A stretch of 35,939 bases of DNA from a virus. Its lineage: Duplodnaviria > Caudoviricetes. Where the stretch lies: the IMG/VR virus record IMGVR_UViG_3300032103_000103, positions 1 through 35,939 of that record. One strand, given 5' to 3'. The notes under the pieces are model-generated. The model saw only the letters and a program-made list of their open reading frames with translations. It was not told the origin of the DNA and searched no databases. Positions 8,704 through 19,600 of the stretch are shown one piece after another (the stretch's first letter is position 1; every line of letters starts with the position of its first letter). The translations under genes were made by a program, and so were the position numbers.

Positions 8704-8736
8704 ACTCTAGCAGAACAAGCATCGATTGTCAATCGA
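8704..8736 (-). promoter_or_regulatory. Sigma70-type promoter TTGACA-N17-TAGAGT (extended TGn) with a palindrome over the -35
   Basis: -35 at 8732-8727, -10 at 8709-8704 preceded by TGC. TCGATTG-T-CAATCGA at 8722-8736. Confidence 0.7.
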
Positions 8737-8737
8737 A

Positions 8738-9796
8738 TTATTTCTTTTCTAGATCTTCAACTCGCTTACGTAGTGCAACAACTTCTTTAGCGAGCTCAAC
8801 ACAGGCAGCCAAGGCAGCGTTGCCATACGCAACACCTAGTATTCCATCAACGTCAGCAATAATTGCCTCAGGCAAGAGCGTCTGTAATGATTGTGCCGAC
8901 ACACCAACTTGACGATCAGTGTCAATGTCTGTTCTAGCATAAGTTCCAGACTTTACGCTTGCTAACCTCTCAACAAAATCAGCCGGAAGTGTTTCCCAAT
9001 CTTTCTTTAGTTTTTCATCAGAGAAACCATAAACCCCGCCAACTGCTGTAAAGTCGCCGTTAATAGCAAATGTCGCAGCCATTGTGCCGTTTGTTGTTAC
9101 ATTAAGGACGCCAGGTGACGACGAGTATATACCAGTGTTATTTGCGTTTGCAAACGAAATACTAGGGGCAGTTATCGTGCCACTATTAAGCCCACTAACA
9201 ACACCATTAAAGTTGCTAGAAATATTCAGTCCGACGCGAATTGTTGAAAAACCAGGAATGGGTGTTCCTGGTGTAAATGCAGACCTACTCCAAATATAAA
9301 CAATGTCGTTGCCAATACGACCTGATAAAATCGTGCGGGCAACTGGAATGGTTTGGTTGTCGTTTACCATTTCTGGTAAAACACCAGTGACGCCCGACCC
9401 AGAAGAATACGCCGGTCCAACAACAGTCCAGCTAACACCATTCCAAAGTTTTAATTGCGTATTTGCAGTATCCCACCAAAGGTCGCCAGGCTGTAAATTG
9501 CCAGACGGCTGTGTGCCTTGGGCAATTGTAGGATTAATTGCTTTCCATTCGGTCCCGTTCCATGCCCGTAATGTACTATTTGTTGTATTCCACCAAAGCT
9601 GACCGCGAATTGGGTTTAGTGGAGCGGTAGTATTAGCAAAGTTCTCTAACAAATGGACAAAATTCTCGTTAATAAACTCGCCGTAACCAGCAAAGTTTTT
9701 ACCAATGAGGGTTAGGTCCGAATAGTTAGTATCGGTTGTCCCTTCGGCAATTGTTACTAAGTTAGTCCCGTCAGTTTTGGTAATGTTGTACGCCAT
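8738..9796 (-). CDS. Short tail fibre/spike with C-terminal intramolecular chaperone (Peptidase S74-type) domain, 352 aa
   Basis: FSDEKLK cleavage-site motif, GVSAQSLQTLLPEAI, GVAYG and a terminal coiled coil. N-terminal GQLWW/GDLWWD repeats. Confidence 0.85.
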   Translation of the reverse strand: MAYNITKTDGTNLVTIAEGTTDTNYSDLTLIGKNFAGYGEFINENFVHLLENFANTTAPLNPIRGQLWWNTTNSTLRAWNGTEWKAINPTIAQGTQPSGNLQPGDLWWDTANTQLKLWNGVSWTVVGPAYSSGSGVTGVLPEMVNDNQTIPVARTILSGRIGNDIVYIWSRSAFTPGTPIPGFSTIRVGLNISSNFNGVVSGLNSGTITAPSISFANANNTGIYSSSPGVLNVTTNGTMAATFAINGDFTAVGGVYGFSDEKLKKDWETLPADFVERLASVKSGTYARTDIDTDRQVGVSAQSLQTLLPEAIIADVDGILGVAYGNAALAACVELAKEVVALRKRVEDLEKK

Positions 9797-9818
9797 GTTT
9801 TATTGCTCCAATTCTTTG

Positions 9819-9826
9819 TATTTATC
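9819..9826 (-). promoter_or_regulatory. Late promoter GATAAATA overlapping the upstream TAG stop
   Basis: Minus strand taGATAAATAcaaagaattGGAGcaataaaacATG. Confidence 0.8.
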
Positions 9827-10446
9827 TATGCAGCGCAGGTGATCGAAGTCAGCGTTTGAATTCGTATTGTGTAATCGATTTGAATTAGTCGATTCTGGGA
9901 TTTTTCGACTGGAGAAAATACCACATGCGTTAATAACCGACCAGTCCCTGGGCCAGCACTAGAATAACCTTTAATCCCCATCTCATCAAACACAAACGAA
10001 CCATTTAAGTTTTGGCTGTTATCGAATGCAGACTGACCTGCTGGTTCGTTGTAGTCTAGAAAACACGTAATAAGAATGTCAGTGTACATTTTGCCCGGGA
10101 TGTGGCTCACTACCACTTTATTCAGTGTGGTTTCGTTTAACGGATTAGTATCGTCTACTATTTTGTAATAAGTTGGATTATACAAATCAGCATTCTGATT
10201 ATTTGTGTTAGTCGGCAAATAAGTAATCACCCCAGTCTGGTCAACCGTTGTCCCCCCGTTGCCAAAGTGCATCTCAGAAATAAACATATCACCTTTATTT
10301 GCTAAGTTGTATGCTAGTGCTTCAGACAGGTTCTCATAATTAATGTGATTGCTACCTTCAAACATTACTTCGTTAGCAGTTAGATCGACGATTTTTAGAA
10401 AACCAGTAACCTCAATTTTAGAATCTTGTTCCATTTCTGTTTCCAT
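9826..10446 (-). CDS. Putative baseplate structural protein, 206 aa
   Basis: Lies between the giant wedge gene and the fibre gene. Beta-rich, with FVFDEMGI...LLTHVVFSPVEKSQNRLIQIDYTIRI. Function inferred from context. Confidence 0.7.
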   Translation of the reverse strand: METEMEQDSKIEVTGFLKIVDLTANEVMFEGSNHINYENLSEALAYNLANKGDMFISEMHFGNGGTTVDQTGVITYLPTNTNNQNADLYNPTYYKIVDDTNPLNETTLNKVVVSHIPGKMYTDILITCFLDYNEPAGQSAFDNSQNLNGSFVFDEMGIKGYSSAGPGTGRLLTHVVFSPVEKSQNRLIQIDYTIRIQTLTSITCAA

Positions 10447-10449
10447 TGA

Positions 10450-10587
10450 TTAGCCTCGCTGTTGCACTAGAATTTCATCAGACAACACATCTTTTATTTT
10501 CAAAAAGCCGGTTAGTAAAATTCCTGTTTTTTCATCAACAGGCGGTGCTGTTTTGGCTTCTTCGGTTTTATGTTTTTCGTATTCCAT
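10450..10587 (-). CDS. 45-aa microprotein MEYEKHKTEEAKTAPPVDEKTGILLTGFLKIKDVLSDEILVQQRG
   Basis: Fills the gap exactly, has its own late promoter, stops 3 nt before the next ATG, and shares TGFLKIxD with the next protein. Confidence 0.8.
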   Translation of the reverse strand: MEYEKHKTEEAKTAPPVDEKTGILLTGFLKIKDVLSDEILVQQRG

Positions 10588-10592
10588 AAAAG

Positions 10593-10600
10593 TATTTACC
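10593..10600 (-). promoter_or_regulatory. Late promoter GGTAAATA, 5 nt from the ATG (leaderless)
   Basis: Minus strand GGTAAATA-CTTTT-ATG. Confidence 0.8.
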
Positions 10601-10615
10601 AGGCGAGAAATATGG

Positions 10616-13600
10616 TCACAAAATCAACATGCTATACGGGTAATTGAAAGCTGCGCCCTTAATGAACACTGCCTGTGCTGTAGACGAACCTAATAACCCA
10701 GTTCCGTCTGAGATTGCATCTGGATCTGGATCAGGGTCTAAGTTCAACCAAATCATCGGAACATATTGCCCGCCATACACAGTCGGTGGAATTCCTTGTG
10801 TATGACGAGAAGCATCGACTACTTTTTCATAGACAGGGACGATTTCCAGTGTTGCCGTTTTTTGTGTTCCGCGACGAATGTTGCTCAATGTGTTTGTTGT
10901 ATCATCTTTCGCGTAGTATTCAATCCGTTCTGCACCAATGTAAATCACACCAGGGATTAACTTAGACGGATCTGGGTTAGGCAAAACACTAGAGTCACTA
11001 ACTACAATATTGGCGTCGTCTGCGTGCAAGGGCCGAGCTAGTTCGGTCGAATGTGCGTCGCTTAGCCGCTGATAAGACCACTCGCCACCGTCATTAACCA
11101 TACGATAGCCATGATATCCTCCCGATCCATCCTCAGTAAAAACGGTGATACTAACCGTTTCAAAACATTGCCCAGGTACTAGCTCTTCTGGTGCGTGGCT
11201 ATGCCATGTATCAATAAAAGCCCCGCCTGTTATGTTTACATCCTCGAACTGTGTTCCTAGGTTAGCATCAGTAAACGCAGAACCATTAACAATCGAATCG
11301 GGCGCATTCCACGGCTGTGTTGTAAATTTTCCGCCTGTTAATTTCACGCCTTCAAAATCAATCCCAGGAACTAAAGCGGGTAGTGATCTTGCAAGGTTCC
11401 CAGGTGGTGCAGTGTAAAATGCTTCTAATCGTTCGTTCGCAGTTAGTCTGTTTATTTCTTCTTTACTTAGGTTGTAAGAACCACGTGCACTCAAATCATA
11501 TGGGAGCGGAGGCATAACGTCGTCAAGGGAAATGCCTAACAAATCAGTATCAACTGTGTAGCTTACCCGATCAAACTTTATAGAAGTAGAGATACTACGA
11601 ATCTTCTTATTATCGACGATGGGATAGACAACAGCCCCAGTTCCGGTCCCGTGTATGGCGACAACTGGCATTGTTGAATATGACCCGCCGGAAATTATCT
11701 CGATCGATAAGAGCTCACCTGTAAAGCCATGTACAATTGGTTTAATAACAGCAGGCGTATCAGTTGGCGCACCTGTTATAACAATTGACAACGACTCCTG
11801 ATAATTGATACCACGATTAACAATGTTAAATCCAGAAATTTCTAAGTTATGATTCTCTTTCCAGGCCTGATACTCTGGAACTATTTCGAGTAAGACGTCG
11901 TCCCTGGCATGTTCGTTATTTGGGCTACGCCATGTTTTTAATTCCTTATCGTAATAAGAGGGGAGATCAAAGTCAGTAGCACCAACCTCTAAGTTGTCTG
12001 CCCCAGAGTAGTTGATGGTATATTCCCTAATCTTGGTTCGATATGGCTTCACCTCATGAATATAGTCGGCATAATACACTTGGTTATCACGAATATAAAC
12101 AGGATGCTGGTCTAGCTTTCTTAATTTATGATTAACAGAAATAAAGCTGGTCTTAAATACCCAGTCTACATTCTTTTGCTCTGCTAGAACATACTTAATT
12201 AGTATGAAAACCAAATCAGTGAACTTACTTGAATACTCGTTAATTAAAATCTTTTCTCTGAAAGCCTTAATAATTGCCTTAAAGGGTATTGCAATGTTGG
12301 AATCGAGAGCGCCAACACCAAACATGCTATTATCAAAACCTTCAACTCGATAAACATCAGAGAGCAAACGAATAGTTCCGTTCTGAACAGCAACAGGCGT
12401 TCTGCTAAGGTCGGACTCGATCCTGTAAACAACATAATTCGACTTAAAGCCGTTACGGACAAAAATGAGCTCTCCTGGTTTCACGTCTAATAACAATGAA
12501 TCCAACGGAGTATCAACCACATAGTCAAATTGTTTATTTCGGTCATAATCAACTGCAAACCAGTCAGCAAATGCCCAGAGCTCGTCTGTTTTATACGACT
12601 GAGACCTTACGGTCCTGAGGCTGTCATTCTCGACAACATGGAGTGTCCATCTTCCTAGGTTCTCAGAATCCGACTTAATTAATAGTCTAGTCCCGTTCGT
12701 AAACACCGTTGGGCCAATGTTTTCCCACGCCTGATAAGACCCGATTGCAACATCATATTCAGAGGCAGGAGGCAAAGGTTCACTTTGATAAAGTGGTGTT
12801 AGGTCAGTTGTTGTTGCAATTGGTATTTCTGCACAAAGCTTGTTCAAGAAATCAACAGCAACCTTTACGGCCGATCGTCTATTAACAAACATCGACTGGC
12901 GCGGGTTCATTGCGATACCATATCGCTGTGTTGCTTTTAGAGATGGGTCTGGGACTACGCGATTATGTCTATCTGCACCCGTTAAGCTGTCGATTAACTT
13001 TTCAACAAAGGCTTCAGGGAATGTATATACTGGGTTTTTTTCTTGTGCAATAGCATATTCGGTGTGAATCGGTATAGACTTAGATCCGCACGAATCTGCC
13101 ACGTACTCTATGCGCAACACGACGTTTTCAGAATCTAAAAATGCCCCAGCGCCGTAAAGTGCAAAGGAATTAGAGGAAGTAAATGCAATAAAAGGAATGC
13201 CGGCGGTTCGCGGGGACTGAATGCTATTTGCAATAAAATCAGTCGACATTGATTTAGAAAACGGGTTGTCTATTTTGTGCGATACCCAAAAGTAGAAAGT
13301 ATTCTTAATCACACCGTCAAAATTAACCTTATACCCAACTGAGTAATGTGTGTCGTTTGGCTCCTTTGGAGTCCCTGCTAAGCCCGACAACAATGCATAC
13401 TCAGACGGTAAAAGGTCGCTTTCAATCCATTCGTACACATCAATGCTCGACTTATCAAAAAGCTCTCCCCAGTTGTTCATGCGATGGGCAATGCTTCCTT
13501 GCTCGTATTCTGCAAAACGGGCAGTTGATAGGTCCCACCACACTGTGCCTATTTGAGGTTTTCCCCAAGTATTAACGCTAGAAGAAACATTAACTGTTTG

Positions 13601-16600
13601 CCCACGATTGTATTGTGCAGGGTCGTGCTCAGCTACAAAATCAATATTCTCCCTAGCAATGCCGAGGATCTTACCTTTTGCTGGGTCAATAATGTCTAGG
13701 TTAACGATGGTTTCATTTGTTTTTGTATTATACAGAAACACACGATTAACCAATGTGTAATCAACCTTTTCGCTCCATTCATGCTTCTTAACAAAAGCAG
13801 ATTGTCTAGTAGCGGTAACTAATACAGCTTTGCCTGAATCAATAACAGAAGCATTGTGTTCGTGGCTTGGCGAACCAATTAATAATGTGTTGTTACCGAA
13901 AGACAGCGAATGGCCGAAATTGTCCGAGGTTCGGACAGTATTATCGTGTACTGTTTGGACAAACGAAAAACGATGAGGAAACATGTAGTTGTTTCGGGGG
14001 TCTTTAACTTTTTCAAACAAATAAACAGCGCCCGAAAAATGCACATAATCATAAATTCGCGTAAAGTCGCCGTCAATTTTCAAGTTCCCGTCGTCGTATT
14101 CTGTAACATTTGCTGCATCTGCATTTTTAGATGTAATTGCTAAAGTTTGCAAAGTATCTGAGTACTCTAAAACTGTACCGAACACCTGGCCGCTATTAGA
14201 GTTAACATCTGGTCTATCAACTACTTGGGATTCTACAAACGTGTTGAAATTTAATTCATAATACACGTTGCCTTGGCCGGGTGTGATCGAATAAGCACCT
14301 GTTATTACGATACGATTATTAGTTGCACGCGCAGAGACCCCAGGGATATTAGCTACATCGATGTCGTTAACAAGATCGCCTATGCTGCTTCCAGTTGAAA
14401 ACACTTCAATGTTATTAATAAGCAAAGAAGTGGCAGGAGCAATAGTTGCAGATTCATTAACAGCCTCTACGTACTTAAACTCTTTAAGCCTATTTGTGAA
14501 ACTAAAAACAATACCATTGTGATATGTAGCTGAATTCCAGAACGGCGCCGAAGCAAAAACATTATCCCCGTTACTTGATATTTCGACTGCATACCCAAAT
14601 TGCATGTCTTGTTTTAATTTCGACGGTAGCAGGGTTGAATGTAATGCAAAATTGCTTGTCTCAATTAGAATAGTATCACTCGCCGGTGGCACCGACGTAA
14701 ATGTTACTACGTTGCCAGAAATTGTATAATGAGCATTAAGTGTTCTAATGGTTCCGTTGACAAAAACATCACTTACAGTGGTTCCAGTCGGTAAGCTGAT
14801 AGATGACGCAATGCCGTCTGTAATAAACGAATACGCTTTCCTACAAATAACCACCACCTTACCTGCATTAAGGAATGACTGGGAAAACTGACTAACAGTA
14901 CTATTTGGTGACCCCACAACAATAAGCGAGCCATCTGATGTTGTGGCAACAGAATTTCCGAATTTCTCGCCTACGTCTACGTTGTAGTTTGTGCAGTCTA
15001 AGGTCTCTATTAGCACATAATTACTATTAACATCTTTATAGACAAACACTAAACCAGCATCAACTGCCGACACATATAGCCAACGACTATCGCGCGACAT
15101 TGCTACAGCATGGCCGAATTTTCCGTTGAGAACAGGACTTTCGATTACCTGAATTTGGGTTATCATCCCACTATTAATTCGATCGTAAACAATAACACGA
15201 CCGTTGTTACTGTTTGATTCTGACGCACCAACAATTAACCTGTTTTCGCCAATTGCCATCGAGTTGCCAAAATTCGATGTCGAAGCTATAAGTCCAGCCG
15301 ACAATAGAACTCTATCAACTGCAACTGATTCGTTGTATAGATCAATGTAATTTCCAGTTGGCGATGCTGCATAACTAAACTGACCAGTCGAGTCGACTAT
15401 AACTGAATATCCCTGTTTAGCATTTGCAACTGTATTAATCGGAAGTAAATCTCCAACCTTTTTAAAGTGTGTGTCTTTCTCATAAACAGCCCATTTCTTA
15501 TTTTCGTTGCCAGTGTTGTCTACCCAAACACGCTGGATATTATCCCACTGGGAATACTTTTTCATATCTGCGGTTTCCGATAGGTACGCAAGTCGAACAG
15601 AATTCATCGTGCATACAACGCCTTTGCCTTCGATCTCAGCATTACTTAAGCTATGCTTACAATCTAACAAAAACTCATTTAGCGACAAAATGCGGGCCAC
15701 TGTTCCGAATCCATCTACCGCAGAAGAAACCCCACTAATAGCAATCACATCACCAACCGACAGCCTGTGCCTGTTCTGAGTTAATACAGATAACTCAGAG
15801 TCACTTGCTCTCTTTGCGGAGATCGTTTGTAATGGCGACTCATGAACTCGTAACACGTCCCAGTCTTGAACTTTATTTTTAGCAACCCAAACAGTAAATC
15901 CGTTTTTCAGGCGATCAATATACTGATTAAGTTCGGTGATATTTCGAATATCAAACAACGTCGCGTCAACGTCATCCCGGCGGACATAGCCGGCCGTTTT
16001 GAGGTCGAATTCATAAACACTAGAATCATCCCGAATATTCAGAAAGTTAGGCTCGTATACAAAGGGAGACTTGTATAACAATTTGTTATCAACTTTGAAG
16101 ATACTGCCAGTTGGAACACCCGAATGTATCGTAGAGGCCCCTGTATTATTGACCAACTCGAATCCAACCGGATCAGAAGAAATGTTAGACACAGATGGCA
16201 TAGAAACCTCGAAGTACTGGTTACTAGTTACTCCGCCGTACTCGCCAACTTTAATTCCCCATTCTTCGTAAATTTCGATGTCGTTCACTAAAGTATTAAA
16301 CACGCCACCAGACAATGCAACAATCGCACTATTTGTTCCTTTATCATGAATCATCCCTTGGTAGAACTTAATCTGAGTATTAAGATCTAATCCCAGGTCA
16401 GACAAGTAGCGGCGGGGTCTGAATCCGATTAGCCCTTTGGCAAAAATATCAGTGTTTTCATCTAACCCAAACGCATCTATATCGTAAAAGCTAGTAAATT
16501 TTTTCGCATTTGTTGCAAAGTTTTGTATTAAGCCAAACCTATGTTGTCCTTTGTCAGTTAATGCCCATTTGCTTACATCGAACGACTCTGCTGCATTAAT

Positions 16601-19600
16601 CTGTTCATTAGCAACATAGAAGTTTCCTTTATTTTCTACAATGTCCCCGCGGCGATAGTCTTTTCCTGCTTGCCATTGTTGTATTAGGTCGGCATTAAAG
16701 ATGAAGCCGGGTGGATCAAACTTACCTGTCCAGTTTAATGTCTTTGAACCAACAACTCGTAAACGGAACTGACGGTTGCCTGTTTCTGGTAGATAGACAA
16801 CATCGTTAAACATTGTTGTATTGTCAAACACAATAACATGTTCATGCTGAACAAGATGTAGTTCAGCGAATGCAATCATTCGATCATCTGTAATTAATTC
16901 AAACTCGTTTTCTTCTCTAACAGCAGTAAAGTTCGAAGAGTTGATGACAGTAAAGTTTTGATCGAGGACGCGGGAGCCTAACGGGTTATTGTCTACTTCC
17001 GCAACAACTAGGTTACCGTTCGCATAATTAAGCTTATTGAATGTTGGACTTAGGGCGATAAGTGCGTTCTCTCCCCACCCTTGCTGAGACCAGACCAATA
17101 GTTCGCGAACAGATAATTCCCAGTTCTGTGGTAACTTAAATGCTTCGCTCCAATCGTCAAACTTAAATCCAATAGCAGCAAGATAGTTTCCGTAGCTCAT
17201 TAAAAAGTTAGAAACTTCCTGCAATGTATCAAACACCGTGCCATAAGGAACATACTCAGGAAACGGGACATACTTAGAATAAATTGCAACCTCGGTGTTT
17301 AACACCTTAACCCCATGTGCAGTTGAATTGACATCAACTGGAAGAACAGTAAAGAACGGGCTAATAGTGTTGTATCCCTTCACCAAAAAGCCGGTCCCTG
17401 ATTTTTCAACAATAACCGCACTGTATGTCACTTTTGAAAGTGGTATCGAGGTGTGTAAGAACACCTTCATGTTCTCGTCTGGTAACAAAACGGATTCATT
17501 AATACTGCTAGGACTAGATTGATCTGCAAATACTTGCAAATACTGTGGGTCAGTATATCCAGCAACATTGTAACTCAAACGAACATCAATTGAATCTAAA
17601 AGATCTTTAATCTTCGTACGGCCGTCGATTCCCAAAGAGATTAGGTAATTACTAATTAGACTCAAATAGCCGCCAGTGTAGACGTTTGGTTGTCCGTTTA
17701 CTCTAACCTCATTTGGCCGAACAAACTGACCTTTAGTATTCGTTAACATACCTCCTGTTTCGTTACTCGGTTGGTATTGTTGCGTATCAGCAAACATACC
17801 AAAATACCTTGCTGGCTGCATTAATGCAATTGCAAACTGTACTGCGTATGGATAATCCGAACTGCGGCGCCACGCGGACTCAACTGGCGCAACATCGCCG
17901 AACGAATAAGGATTAGAAAAATAAGCAGGATTGTACCCAAGCACCGCAAACTCGGCTGGTGATTTTAAGTTACCAAACTCATCAACAGGAATAGTATTAG
18001 TGACACCAGGACGGGCCAACGACGAATAAACGCCGGCTGTTGGGCCATCTACAATCCTGCCGGCTTCGATGTCTCGCCACATCACTAAGTTTCCGCCAGT
18101 GTATGGTGCTGGACCATAGTGTCTTTCCCACCAGTTTGGTTTCTCAGAGAAGCCCAACATGACCCAGGGTTCAATATGGGGGGCATCAGTATCAAAGAAG
18201 TAACGATATACGCCGCGCCAGTGGCCGGGTAACCGTTCGCCGTCGATCTTATCAATGTTGCGTGAGTAGTTCCATGACCACGGATCATTCCCATTGAAGT
18301 CTAGGTTAGCATTGTAATTAATACGATAGTTGCCAACCCAGCGAAGGAACTGACTTGCAATAATTGAATTAAACTCATCGCGATTATACCCGCCGGCTTC
18401 TCTAAACTTACCAGGAACAAACTCAAACAGTTTGTCCATTGTCATCGCAGTTTTAATCTTAATATTGTTGTAAATTCTCTTTTCTAGTTCTAACAAGAGG
18501 CCGTCGCGGAAATCATTAAATGCAACTGTGACACTACCGTCATGCCCAATAATAACATTTGTTGGTTCGCGATATGTGTTATCGAATCGAACCTCAGGAA
18601 CAAAAGCAGGATATAGCCCTAGCTTGGTGGGCGTCTCTGGAATATAAGAACCGTCAGTATCAGGATATTCGGCAACCTCAATAACATCATCTAACTGTAA
18701 CTCTACTTTGAAAGAAACAGCTTTAGTGTCTGTCCTAAAAACATAATCGCGATCACGAATTAATTGCTCACCGTTTAAATAAACAATTACAGCACTATGG
18801 TCAATAGTCGAAGAGTTAAACGATGTCGTGACCTCATAATCCACCAATTCAGTGTTTAATACTTTGTAGATTGTAACTGTTTTCGTTTTACCGTGTGCAA
18901 CCATATCGCTGCTAAACCACGGGAACGCACTATTTTTAGCAGCGTTCATTAATGATAAAATCTCATCAACCCCAGTTTTAGGTTCGCGGGCAGATCTAGT
19001 CGTTAATGTTGCTGCTGTCTCTAAAAACTTATTCTTAAATCGGCTATATTCGCGTTGGGCGAATGCTACACTGTTTGCAAAGTTTGCAACATCGTGTGTT
19101 AAAAACAACTGTGAATAAACAACTGGCGCTTCGTGTTGTAAAATGTTGCCGGCAATGTCAGTATAATCAGTATCGCGAACATTACTCGAACCGGGGATTG
19201 TTCCAACTAAGTCGTGGACGTGCTCACCAATAGTAGAAAAGTGGTTACGCATTTGCCCCAATGTTACTTGGCGGAAGACCTTGTTTAGTGCATTTAAATC
19301 TAAGTTACGAGGAATCTCATAATAGCCAATAGACGACGGCTTGTTTGCATAAACAATGATATCAACTTTATTGGCACCTGCGCCTTTAGACTCGTATTGT
19401 ACTGTACAATAGATACCTTCTTCGCTTTCCGTAAAAGTGGCGTTAGTGTGTGGTAAGATTTTACCGTTTACAATAATCTGAATGTTTGTTTCGTTGTACC
19501 GCACTGGCATAACATCTAAGCGGAATCTACTCTCAGATGTGTTTTCAAACGTAAAAATTTGTCTTTGTTTTGTTTTCTCTGTAACCTTTGTCCAAGGACT

